Source: Octopus sinensis
Lineage: Eukaryota
Assembly: GCF_006345805.1 (NCBI RefSeq)
Contig: NC_043023.1
Span: forward strand, 1,798,001-1,862,000
Reading direction: 5' to 3'
Length of the DNA stretch: 64,000 bases
The notes below the pieces were generated by a model, which saw only the letters and a program-made list of their open reading frames with translations, was not told the DNA's origin and did not search any database. Position 1 is the stretch's first letter. The number at the start of each line of letters is the position of its first letter. A program made the translations under genes and the position numbers. This document shows positions 11,776 to 24,379 of this stretch, one piece after another.

Positions 11776-11871
11776 CCAGATAGTTTGGCTGACGAGCTTA
11801 CAATGGATTTTTTTGTAAGTAAAATTACATTTAATTCATTAATAGCGAAACAATTGTCCCAAAATAATCTG
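11776..11871 (+). ncRNA. Type I hammerhead ribozyme, unit 1
   Basis: TTTGG-CTGACGA(11789-95)-GCT...AGC-GAAAC-AATT-GTC(11856-58)-CCAAA, with distal helix CAGAT/ATCTG. Confidence 0.88.
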
Positions 11872-12309
11872 TATTTTTGTTATTTTTTATTTGCCCTGTC
11901 CGTGTGTGAGCTAACAATCGTATGACTTTTGGGAGGAAACATGTATTTTCGTGGTTGAAACCTTTTGGATAAACTGGTGCTAGAGTGAGCCATTAGTGAC
12001 CACTCTCTTATATTTATTTTGTAAAAATATTATAATATGTTATAAAATATTATAATAATCCAGGTTTCTCGGAGAGCACTAGGCCACTGGGTTGAATAGA
12101 TATACTATTAAATTAGTATCTATTCTCTCACCCTTATTAATTAATTATAATTATGCTGCATTTATTTCTAAATGCTGTATTTGTTTTCCGTGAAAGTTTG
12201 GCGCGCTGTTAGTTGGGGCATTTGAATTATAACATCGGATGTAATCATTGAACCACACGCGTATTTATCGTTATGGTAAAATCTGGCGTGTGATTGAGTG
12301 GATTTCATC

Positions 12310-12402
12310 CAGATAGTTTTGGCTGACGAGCTACAAAGGATTTTTTTGTAAGAAAATTAATTTAATTCATTAATAGCGAAACAATTGTCCCAAAATAATC
12401 TG
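12310..12402 (+). ncRNA. Type I hammerhead ribozyme, unit 2
   Basis: TTTTGG-CTGACGA(12323-29)-GCTA...TAGC-GAAAC-AATT-GTC(12387-89)-CCAAAA, with distal helix CAGAT/ATCTG. Confidence 0.9.
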
Positions 12403-12699
12403 ATATTTTTTTATTTTTTATTGCCCTGTCGTGTGAGCTAACAATCGTACTGACTTTCATGGGAAACATGTATTTTCGTGGTTGAAACCTTTTGGATTAA
12501 CTGGTGCTAGAGTGAGCCATATAGTGACCACTCTCTTATATTTATTTTGTAAAAATATTATAATATGTTATAAAATATTATAATAATCAGGTTTCTCGGA
12601 GCATAGGCCACTTGGTGTTGAATAGATATACTATTAAATTAGTATCTAATTCTCTCACCCTTATTAATTAATTATATATACATATATATATATACACAC

Positions 12700-12731
<32 letters not shown>

Positions 12732-12853
12732 TATACATATATATTATATACACATATATATACATATATATATATATACACATACTGTATGCACTTGTGT
12801 ATATTATGATAAATTGAAAATTAATGTTAAAAATCAGGCATAAAATTTACAAG

Positions 12854-12935
12854 GAGCATTATAACAGAGCATTATAACAGAGCATTATAACAGAGCATTA
12901 TAACAGAGCATTATAACAGAGCATTATAACAGAGC
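12854..12935. repeat. 13-bp minisatellite (GAGCATTATAACA)x6 plus partial
   Basis: Six perfect units counted directly. Confidence 0.97.
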
Positions 12936-13457
12936 GATGAAAAAACTAAAATAATATTCGTAAAAATCATAAAAATTCAAAACCAACCAACAACAAACCC
13001 ATTAAAATAAAGATACTGCAGGCAATATCCTTAATGTGATATCTCACAGTTAATATACATTCATGTTCTTCATTGCCAGAAGCTATGGAACACCATAAGT
13101 GTAACAATATTCCCTATGTATCTGGTGGTAATTATCAAGTCTATAAGGTGTTTAAAAGATATTGTTAGTATTTGAGGATAGTTTAAAATGCAAAAGTTAC
13201 TCTAATGATAGGTGCTACAACAGACAAAATATTCTGGAGCTGTCTTCTATATGGCTGTGAGATCAAGAAGCTCATTTTGTAATCATGAGGTTTTGGGTTC
13301 AGTCCCACTATGTGGCACCTTGGGTAACTGTCTTTTACAGTGAACCTGGGATGATCGATGTCTTGAGAGTGAATTTGTGAATTTGGTAGACAGAAACTGT
13401 GTTGAAACCTGTTGTCTATATGTGGGCAGGCCCAGGATAATGTGGAATGAAGTGGTG

Positions 13458-14143
13458 AGAAAGTATCTATTTCTTTACTAGCCACAAGAGGCTAAACACA
13501 GAGAGGACAAACAAGAACAGACAAACGGATTGAGTCGATTATATCGACCCCAGTGCGTAACTGGTACTTTATTTATCAACCACGAAAGGATGAAAGGCTA
13601 AGTCGACCTCGGCGGAATTTGAACTCAGAACGTGGCGACTGACGAAATACCTATTTCTTTACTACCCACAAGGGGCTAAACACAGAGAGGACAAACAAGG
13701 ACAGACAAACGGATTAAGTTGATTATATCGACCCTAGTGCGTAACTGGTACTTATTTAATCTACCCCGAAAGGATGAAAGGCAAAGTCGACCTCGGCGGA
13801 ATTTGAACTCAGAACGTAGCGGCAGACGAAATACCGTTAGGTATTTCACCCGACTGGCGGCGAGCTGGCAGAATCGTTAGCACGTCGGGCGAAATGCTTA
13901 GCAGTATTTCGTCTGCCGCTACATTCTGAGTTCAAATTCTGCCAAGGTCGACTTTGCCTTTCATCCTTTCGGGGTCGATTAAATAAGTACCAGTTACACA
14001 CTGGGGTCGTTGTAATCGACTTAATACCTATGTCTGTCCTTGTTTGTCCCCTCTATGTTTAACCCCTTGTGGGTAATAAAGAAATAGGTATTTCACCCGG
14101 CGTGCTAACGTTTCTGTCAGCTCGCCATGGTAAGAAAGTATCT
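13458..14143 (-). mobile_element. SINE family B dimer with a nested, oppositely oriented SINE B
   Basis: Outer TSD AGAAAGTATCT (13458-68, 14133-43). Inner plus-strand copy has TSD TAGGTATTTCACCCG (13838-52, 14085-99). Confidence 0.88.
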
Positions 14144-14517
14144 TCAGATGCTGGGCCTCATTGAGGAAATGACAAGGGGTCAGGAACTATGGTGGTTTGC
14201 AGTACTTGAGAAGACCTGTCAAGGTGAGTAAAATCACTGCCTTCCACATATACACGATATATATGTTTGTCCTTTCAAGTGTTGGGGCCTTAAAAAATGC
14301 ACTCATGTCAGTGTTGCATGAGTATACCTGTGCTTGTAGCACATAAAAGGCACCAGCACACTCTGTAAAGTGATTGGTTGACTGGAATCTGGACAGGTCC
14401 CAAGTTAGCCAGCTCCTGCCAAATCATCCAACTCATGCCAATATGGAAAACAGATGTTAAATGACGATGATATATGTGTATGTATGTATATGTATATATA
14501 TATATATATATATATAG

Positions 14518-14700
14518 GGAGAGTTCATGAAAAAACAAAAGACGAAGACTGGTGATGTACAAAACAAACAGATGTATTTGTGTAACGCTCAGGAATAGAA
14601 AAAGTCTTTTACGTTTCGAGCCTATGCTCTTCGACAGAAAGGGGCACAGAAAAAACAAGGAGAGAAAAAAAAGAGAGAAAAAAAAGGAGAGAAATATATA
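14518..14700 (-). mobile_element. (TA)n-flanked repeat carrying a variant hammerhead
   Basis: Homologous to ~20243-20430 and partially to ~32903-32970. Confidence 0.7.
14606..14641 (-). ncRNA. Minimal type I hammerhead-like motif with variant core (CUGUCGA)
   Basis: CTTT-CTGTCGA-A-GAGC-ATAG-GCTC-GAAAC-GTA-AAAG on the minus strand. Confidence 0.6.
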
Positions 14701-15577
14701 TATATATATAAAAACTGGCTTCCATGCCGGTGGCACATAAAAAGGACCATTTGAGCATGATTGTTACCTGCATCGCCTTACTGGCACCTGTGCTGGTGGC
14801 ACGTGAAAAAATGTTTGAGCGAGGTCTTTGCCAGTGCGGCTGGACTGGCTCCTGTGCAAGTGGAATGTAAAAAACACCATTTGAGCATGTCCATTGCTAG
14901 TACCGCCTGAGTGGCCCTCATGCTGGTAGCACGTAAAGGCTCCCACTACATGCTTGGAGTGGTTGGTGTTAGGAAGGGCATGAAGCTGTAGAAACTCTGC
15001 CAGATCAGATTGGAGCCTGGTGCAGCCATCAGGCTCACCAGTCCTCAGTCAAATCGTCCAACCCATGCTAGCATGGAAAGCAGACGTTAAACGATGATGA
15101 TATATATATATATATATGGGAGAATTTGTTTTTGAAAATGCACTTCAATTTGAAAAACTTGTACTTGTTTTTAAATAGATCTATTTATATAGATACCAAA
15201 CTACTTTCAACAATTTTTTGTTTATCAACGATACAAATGTATATAAAACAATGGGATTTTAATAGAGTTTAAAATTATGAAGTAGAAATCAAACAAACAT
15301 ATTTAAATGATAACATGTTCACATAAAATTCAATGACAGGGATAGATAATATCAAAGTAAATGTTCAGCAAAGAATATAATAAATGTACATTACTAAAAG
15401 TTCAGTCATACTGAGTTTTTATAGAATACGTGGACAAGAGAGACAAAAAAGATAAAAAGAGAATAAAAAATGTTTTTTTTACAGTTTCTGTCATCTTCTG
15501 TGTAGTTCCTTTTTCCATTGTGGACTGGGTTTTGGAAATCAGAGAATATCTTTTCAACACACACAAACATTTATTTT

Positions 15578-15774
15578 ACTAGCAAAACCTTGTGCTCCAA
15601 TTATTATTGGTATGAATATGAAATCATAGTCTGGATATAGAAGCTGGAGGTTTCGAAGCAGTTCTCCATAGATATCCTCTTTTTCTTTGATTTTCAAAGA
15701 AATATTTATATCTGCAGGGCAGCTGACCTCTATAATGGTACATAGCTTTGCCCCTCTGTCCCAAATGACAATAT
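15578..15774 (-). repeat. Inverted copy of the RLE fragment 16044-16240
   Basis: The same peptide appears on both strands in the ORF track (MIFKEIFISAGQLTS...). Confidence 0.92.
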
Positions 15775-15989
15775 TAAAAGGAGAAACTCTTTTTCTAGGT
15801 TGTTTTTTTTTTAATCAGTTATTAAACTGTGGCCATGCTGTGGCCAGCAATATTCTTTTGTTAAGCATGGTTCTTTCTATCAATCCTTTTTTCCAAACCA
15901 CTAAGTTACAGGTGCGTAAAGACACCAACATCCATTGTCAAGTGGTGGTGGGGACAAACACAGACACACACACATATATGTATGTATGT

Positions 15990-16377
15990 ACTGGTGGAAT
16001 ATTTCCATCAAAACTTCTGTCAAATGTAAGCATAACAGGCCAGATATTGTCATTTGGGACAGAGGGGCAAAGCTATGTACCATTATAGAGGTCAGCTGCC
16101 CTGCAGATATAAATATTTCTTTGAAAATCAAAGAAAACGAGGATATCTATGGAGAACTGCTTCGAAACCTCCAGCTTCTATATCCAGACTATGATTTCAT
16201 ATTTATACCAATAATAATTAGAGCACAAGGTTTTGTTAGTAAATGCTTAAAGGAGAATATGGATAAACTGAGATTTTCAGAAAAAAGAAACCAGCCAGCT
16301 AATTTGTACATTACAAGTGTAACCTGTGAGTGAGAACAGTAAAAATGTCCAAGACTTTCTCAAGTTCCAAATGTGAA
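15990..16377 (+). mobile_element. Dong/R4-like non-LTR element, 3' fragment (restriction-like endonuclease domain)
   Basis: KHNRPDIVIWDRGAKLCTIIEVSCP is a PD-(D/E)xK-type RLE motif. A frameshifted C-terminus ...TVKMSKTF/LKFQM* follows. Confidence 0.75.
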
Positions 16378-17266
16378 TTTGCCTGTGTTAACTACATCCC
16401 AAAGATGTATCTTTGTTGAAAACTGGCTCCCTCCTCAGTGGAAGATTTATAATAATTGAAAAGTAGAAGAGACAAACATACATATATACATCATCATTAT
16501 CATTGTTTAATGTTCGCTTTCCTGCTGGCATGGGTTGTACGGTTTGACTGAGGAGAGGCAAGCCAGAAGGCCGTACCAGGCTCCAATCTGATCTGGCAGA
16601 GTTTCTATAGCTGGATACCCTTCATAACGCCAACCACACTGAGAGTGTAGTAGGTGCTTTTTACATGCCACCGGCACAGACAGGCAGTACTGGCAATGGC
16701 TATGCTCAAATGGCGTTTTTTATGTGCCACCGGCACAAATACCAGTAAGGTGATGCTGGTAACGGTCACGCTAGAATGGTGCTTTTTACGTGCCATTGGC
16801 ATGGGAACCAGTCAGTGGCCCTGGCAACAATCACGCTCAGATGGTGCTCTTAGCGTTCCACTAGCACAGATGCTAGTCATGCGGTGCTATCATCGGCCAC
16901 ATCAGCGAATTTGCTTTCAATTTCACTTGCCTCAACAGGTCTTTGCAAGCAGAGTTTAGTGTCCAATGATAAAGTTATATATGGACGACAAAAAAATATA
17001 AGTATAAAATCTATTCTTATTGTGAAATGTATAAATACTTTAAATGTACATATACATGTGTGTATGTGTGTGTGTGTTTCTGGGAAGAGAAAACACACGT
17101 GATATATTTATATAGATAGATTTTCATTTTGAAGTGTATATAAATATTTGTCTTGTGGTTGTGTATGTGTGTGTGTGCATTGTGTTTATAAGCATGAATA
17201 TATTTTTAAGTATTCTGCAAAAATACTATATATACATTGCTAGTATATATGTGTGTGTGTGTATGC

Positions 17267-17304
<38 letters not shown>

Positions 17305-18290
17305 CAAACATGTATGTATATGTGTGTATATCCCTTTATCTATCTATGTAATATAAAGAGAGAGAGAGAGAAAGATCGATATACATATTGTATATGTATA
17401 TATATATATATATATGTAATATATATATATATATATCTATATATTATATATATATTATATATATATATGTTCATGTATATATGTACATGTATGCGTGTGT
17501 GTATGTATATATATATACATACATATATATACATATATATACACATATATGTACATATATATATATACAATATTTATATATGTATGTATACATATATATA
17601 TATGTATACATAATTCAAAGAAGTGTATACACACACATATACAAACACACACACATACACACTCACACACATATATATTATTATACACACATTACTAAAG
17701 GTTGTTACTTAGTGATTAATCAAACATATTCCATGACCACCACCAACACCACCATCATCATTATTATCGTCATCACCATCATCATCATCATCATCATTGT
17801 CATTATCATCATCGTCTTCGTCGTCATCATTATTGATATCTACAGCAGCAACAACAAGAAGAACTGAAGGACCAAAAGACTGGAATTTTAAATTATTATA
17901 AACTAAGGAAATAATATTTAGATGATAGCCGTAATAAATAACGGGATAATGGGTGTATATATGTTGCAGAGATATATATCAGTGGTTGTGTGCATGTGTG
18001 TATGTGTGCGCGTAGAGGTGAGGTGAGAGATGTATGTATATGCAAAATACACATATATGTATATGTATATATATTATTATATATATATATATAAAATTAT
18101 TATATCTTATATATATATATTTTTTTGTATATATAATATATATATATATATTGTATATATATATATGTATTTGTGTACATTGATATGTATATGTGTTTAC
18201 ATATAATATGTATACACATATTTGTGTATATTGTGTGTGTGGTGTATATATCTATATATATATATATATACTATATACATATGTCTATTA

Positions 18291-18323
<33 letters not shown>

Positions 18324-18402
18324 TTATATAATATATACATATTCACACTGACTCATATATATATACATATATTGTGTGTGCATGTCTGTAGGTGAGCGTA
18401 TA

Positions 18403-18441
<39 letters not shown>

Positions 18442-18953
18442 ATATATTATATTATATATATATATATACACATATATATATATATATATATAAATATATG
18501 CATATAAACTCGAAGAGAGCAAGAAAGAAAGGATGATCTGTAGGATGCGATGTGTTTATAAATATACAATGCATTTTTTCATTTATCATATATATATATA
18601 TGTGCTTGAGTATACAAGTTTGTGGTAATATAAATATTATATAATATGCATGAATACCAGATAAAACAAACTGGATAATGTATTATTATTATTATTATTA
18701 CTATTATTATTATTATTAGAAGTAGTAGTAGTAGTAATAGTAGTATAACATGTATGGTTACTAATCTCTTTCTCTTGGTGTATGTTTATATACATATATA
18801 TATATACATATATACATGTATACATACATATATAACATTATATATATACATACATATATAGGTATATATATATTATATATATTATATATATAGATATATA
18901 TATGTATATATATATGTATATATGTATATGTATTATATGTATCTATCTTATAT

Positions 18954-18987
<34 letters not shown>

Positions 18988-19198
18988 GATATATATATAT
19001 GTATATATATATATACATATACACATATGTGTGTGTAAGTCACTTATATAGATATAATAAAATTTCATGTAGTGATGTTAGGCATCAGTGAAAAGCATAA
19101 ATATACACATGTACGCATATATATATACATACATATACACACTCATATAGTACATATATATATACACATATATGTATATGTTATCTACACCACATATG

Positions 19199-19232
<34 letters not shown>

Positions 19233-19242
19233 ATATGTGTGT

Positions 19243-19274
<32 letters not shown>

Positions 19275-20097
19275 CACACACACATACATGTATGTAGACA
19301 TTCACACATATATACACATATAGATATGTATATGTATATATGCGCAATGTGTGTGTTAGTGTATGTGTATATATATATATATACAAATATATACATATAT
19401 ACGTATGCACATACATATACATATTTTTAAATATATACACACACACACACACGCTCACTCCTCTGTTTGACTAATATGCAATTTTCTTCGTGTACAACCC
19501 TATTAAATATCCATATTATACAAGAGTTTGTGCTTTTGTTATGAAATATTAAGATTCTCATATTTCACAGCTTCCAGAAACTTGTGCCCCGACTCACAAA
19601 CTTACGCATACACAGTCTCTCATTTCCACTCACATATATACACATACCGAAGCACATACACTTATACACGTAATATACATATAATATACACTCATAGCTG
19701 TAGACTTGTTTGTTGTTACATATGAAGCTGTTTTAACATATGTGCAATCTTTAAACGTACATGTAACTGTGTGGTAAGAAGCTTGCTTCCCAACCACATG
19801 GTTCCAGGTTCAGTCCCATTGTGCGGCACCTTAGGCAAAGCCTTATAAGTGGATTTGGTAAATGGAAACTGAAAGAAGATTGTTGCATTATATGTATATG
19901 TATGGTATGTATATTATATATATATAGTATATATATGATATATGTATATTATATGTATATATATATATATATATATTATAGATATATATATTATATATAT
20001 AGATTATATATATATGTATGTATATATATATGTATATATATGTATATATGGGTAGTATATATATATATATAGATATATATATAGATATTATATATAG

Positions 20098-20130
<33 letters not shown>

Positions 20131-20337
20131 GAGTATATATATATGTATATATATATGTATATATAAATATGTATATCTATATTATATATATATATATTAT
20201 ATATATATATATATTATATATATATATGCATGTATCTATATAAAGGGAAAGTTTACAAAAATAAACAAAAGACGAAGGCAGGTGGTGACTACAAAACAAA
20301 CAGATGTATTAGTATAAGCGCTCAGGAATAGAAAAGT

Positions 20338-20372
20338 CTTTTACATTTCAAGCCTACCTTTTCTACAGAAAG
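20338..20372 (-). ncRNA. Decayed copy of the 14606-14641 hammerhead-like motif
   Basis: CTTT-CTGTAGA-AAAGG-TAG-GCTT-GAAAT-GTA-AAAG. Helices II and III are damaged. Confidence 0.4.
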
Positions 20373-20854
20373 AACACAGGAGAGAAACAAGGAGGGAAAA
20401 AATGCATGTAGAGTAATGATCTATCATGGCGTCCTGACTTCGGGACAGTGGTCAGACGCTAGAGGGACAGTAGGGGAGAGAAACAGGGTCAAGTGACTTC
20501 CAATACGAAGGTTGCCCCCAAAACACAAGGTGCTTGTGTGGTATAAGACAGTATGATGTGCGCGTGAAAGAGGGCTGGTGGCCTGGCGTGTGTGTGTGGA
20601 GATGTGGGGATGGGTCTGGTGGGTGGTGTGGGTGGGGTGGTGTGTTGTGACGTGATGTGTAATGTTGTATGGTGTGTAGTGTAGTGTGGGAGTGTGATGT
20701 GGGGGAGGTGGGGGAGGTGAGAGTGGGGTAAGCACAGTGGGGTGTGGGGTTGCGGCTGGGGGTGTGGGTAGAGGGGGTTGGGGTAGGTAGAGGGTAGGTT
20801 GAGGGTGGGGTTAGAGGGAGGTATGTGGAGGAGGGGTATGTATCTATATATATG

Positions 20855-20895
<41 letters not shown>

Positions 20896-22675
20896 ATGTA
20901 TACATGGGTGTGCATATTTAGATGGGTATATGTACACAAGTAAAAGTATAAAAAAACACATATATACATGGCTATGTGGCAAGAAGCTTGCTTCCCAACC
21001 ACATGGCTTCAGGTTCAGTTCAACTTTGAGGCACCTTGAACAAGTATATTCTAATATAGCCCAAAGTTGACCAAAGCCTTGCAAGTGGATTTGGGCGATG
21101 GAAACTGAAAAGAAGCCTGTTGTATATATATGTGTGTGTGTCTTTGAGCCTGTATTTGTCCCTACCATTGCTTGACAAGCTATGTTGGTTTGTTAAAGTC
21201 TCCATAAAATAGCAGTTCAGCAAAAGGGATTGATAAAATATGCACTAGGCTTAAGAAAAGAGAAATGCTGATTCTTTTATTCTTTTATATGTTTCAGCCT
21301 TGAGGCTGCGTCCATGCTGGAGCACCAATGTTTATATCTAATCCTTGTTTTGCTGTATTGTGTATTTGTTTCTTTTTTGTATCTCATATTTGTAATGAAC
21401 AAAGCTGCAGACCCTCATTTGCCGTTTCTGTATAGGAAGACCAAGAAGAAATCTTCTGAAATACTCTTTACTCTTTTACTTGTTTCAGTCATTTGACTGT
21501 GGCCATGCTAGAGCATCGCCTTTAGTCAAACAAATCAATCCGAGGACTTATTCTTTATAAGCCTAATACTTATTCTATCGGTCTCTTTTACCAAACTGCT
21601 AAGTTACGGGAACGTAAACACACCAGCATCAGTTGTCAAGAGATGTTGGGGGGAGAAACAGGGACACACAAACATGTACACTCACACATGTGGGACACTG
21701 AACATCTGGTTTAGGTGTCTCCTTAAGTGCAGTTGTGTCTCATCAGGTGATTTCGAACAGGTATCTTGTTAAAATAAACTCAGGCGTAGAAATGGCTGTG
21801 TGGTAAGTAGCTTACTTACCAACCACATAGTTTCGGGTTCAGTTCCACTGTGTGGCACCTTGAGCAAGTGCCTTCAACCATAGCTTCAGGCTGACTAAAG
21901 CCTTGTGAGTGGATTTGGTAGACAGAAACTGAAAGAAGCCCGTTGTATATATGTATATGTACAGATGTGTGTGTGTGTGTGTGTGTGTGTTTGTGTGTCT
22001 GTGTTTGTCCTCCGAGCATCGCTTAACAACCAATGCTGGTGTGTTTACGTCCCTGTAATTAAGCAGTTCAGCAAAATAGACTGATAGAATAAGTACTAGG
22101 CATCCAAAGAATAAGTCCTGGGGTCGATTTGCTTGACTAAGAGGCGGTGCTCCAGCATGGCTGCAGTCAAATAACTGAAACAAGTAAAAGAGTAAAAGCA
22201 TATCAAAGAGGGCCATTCACTAGAAATTGAACCCACGGCCTTACAATCATGAGCTGAATACTGTAACCACTTCACAAAGACATGCATATATATACACATC
22301 CAAAGGCATAATAAACAGTCGTAGCAAAAAATATACTTAATTACAAATTAAAAAAAAAAAAAATAATTACAGCAACAATTACAACATCAACAATATTAAC
22401 TGCAGCATCAGCAAAATCAAGGTGGGCAGAAAGCTATTAGTTGGAGATAAACGAATTTACACACCTGATGTCTGAGTGTGTGTGTATGTATGTGTTTGCA
22501 TGAGAGTGCACAGGTGTGTATGTGTGTGGGTGGTGGTGGTGGTGGGGTGGTGGGGTTGAATGTGTGTGTTGGTGAACTAGCCATTTCTTTATTGTATAGT
22601 GTTTAAGTCAGTTGTTGGTGTTTGTGGGTATGTTTGAGTCTGTATGCCTGTGTGTTGTGAGTGTGTGTGTGTGTG

Positions 22676-22716
<41 letters not shown>

Positions 22717-22734
22717 AGAAGAGAGAGAGAATAG

Positions 22735-22763
22735 ATAGACAGACAGTCAAACAGTCGACAGAC

Positions 22764-22805
<42 letters not shown>

Positions 22806-22873
22806 GTATATAGATAAATACAAAGATAAAAAAGATAGACAGACAGATAGACAGACAGATAGATCAATAAATC

Positions 22874-22921
<48 letters not shown>

Positions 22922-23130
22922 GATAGATAATAGAAAGATAGATAGATAGATAGATAGATTACCGACGACAGAATAGATAGATGGATAAATAAATAATAGA
23001 TAGATAGATAGATCGATAATAGATAGATAGATAGATAGATAGATAGACAGATAGGTAGATAGATAAATACAAAGATAGATAGATAGACAGACAGATAGAT
23101 AGATAAATCGATAGATAGATAGATAGATAC

Positions 23131-23171
<41 letters not shown>

Positions 23172-23172
23172 C

Positions 23173-23218
<46 letters not shown>

Positions 23219-23245
23219 ACAGACAGATACATAAATAGATACATA
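22735..23245. repeat. (GATA)n / (GACA)n microsatellite
   Basis: Direct inspection. A second tract lies at ~29050-29295. Confidence 0.97.
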
Positions 23246-23997
23246 GATAGAGAGAGAGAGAGAGAGAGAGAGTGAGAGAGAGATAATGAGATAGACAGAC
23301 AGAGAAATAAATAGAGAGATATGTGTATATATATTATAACGAAATATATTCAATGTACTTTTTTGAGCTGCTGTGTTGCTTTTCAATTTATAAATTTTTT
23401 TAGACTGACTTATTTAAGTAAAGCAATTTTCAAAATGAAGAGAACAATTTCATAAAAATAAATTTAAAGGAAAAGTAATTATTTTATAAATTCTTTGATA
23501 ATAAAATTTTATAAATACACATACATACACACACACACACATATCTATATATATGCATACATACAAACACAAATATTCAGATAGGTATGTGTATATATCT
23601 ACATCACACACACACAAGCTATCGTTTTTATTTTTGTTTTATTTTCTGTTTTTACCAGCTTGATAAATAGTGAAATAAATTAATAATTTGGCCAGGAAAC
23701 CATGGGCAGCTTATTTTACAATGCATTTTGTGGTTTTTAATTATATATATATATATACATACATACAGATATAGATATGCATGTATGTGTATGTGTGTAT
23801 ATATATATATTACTATTAATTATGATATATGTATACATATGTCTATAGTATATATATAATTTTTAATTATAATATCATCATCATTGTTGAACGTCCAGTT
23901 TCCATGCTGGCATGGGTTGGACGATTTGACTGAGGACTGGCTCCAATCTGATCTGGCAAAGTTTCTACAGCTGGAAGCTCTTTCTAACACCAACCAC

Positions 23998-24222
23998 ATC
24001 TACGGTGGCGAGCTGGCAGAAACATTAGCATGCCTGGTGAAATGCTTAGCGGTATTTCGTCTGTCTTTACATTCTGAGTTCAAATTCCACCGAGGTTGAC
24101 TTTGCCTTTCATCCTTACGGAGTCAATAAAATAAGTACCAGTTGCATACTGGAGTCAATCTAATTGACTGCTCCTCTCCTCGAAAATTTTGGGCCTTGTG
24201 CTTAGAGTAGAAAAGAATATTT
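23998..24222 (+). mobile_element. SINE family B with alternative tail (tail 2)
   Basis: Head ggtggcgagctggcagaaac..., body gactttgcctttcatcc...ataagtaccag, tail ...gggccttgtgcttagagtagaaaagaat. Another copy lies at ~50705-50890. Confidence 0.8.
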
Positions 24223-24379
24223 TTTCCACATTTGTTCTTATTTTCTTACTGTCAAACATCCTTGTTTTTAAAAATTATATATAACGCATAAACAGAGCCT
24301 GGAAGATCGCTTTAAAATACATGGCATATTTTGTAAATATGCCTGTTCAGGTATCATAATAGTATGAAACTATTAGTAA

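Larger units (their letters stand above)
11338..12673 (+). mobile_element. ~530-bp tandem array (2.4 units) with 5' fold-back and one hammerhead per full unit (retrozyme / Penelope pLTR-like)
   Basis: Units start at ~11410, 11939 and 12466. Segment 11338-11412 is the inverted copy of the unit start. (TA)n lies on both flanks. Confidence 0.85.

Noticed and set aside
12854-12935. Regular short repeat resembling a CRISPR array
   Set aside because: It is a perfect tandem with no spacers in a eukaryotic context. The same applies to 48051-48779.
22589-23386. Long ORF-track entries (YLSI-, IY-, poly-I/L/Y-rich), also at 11072, 17134, 28874, 33759, 42139, 58899 and 62204
   Set aside because: They are translations of microsatellites that lack stops in some frames, not genes.
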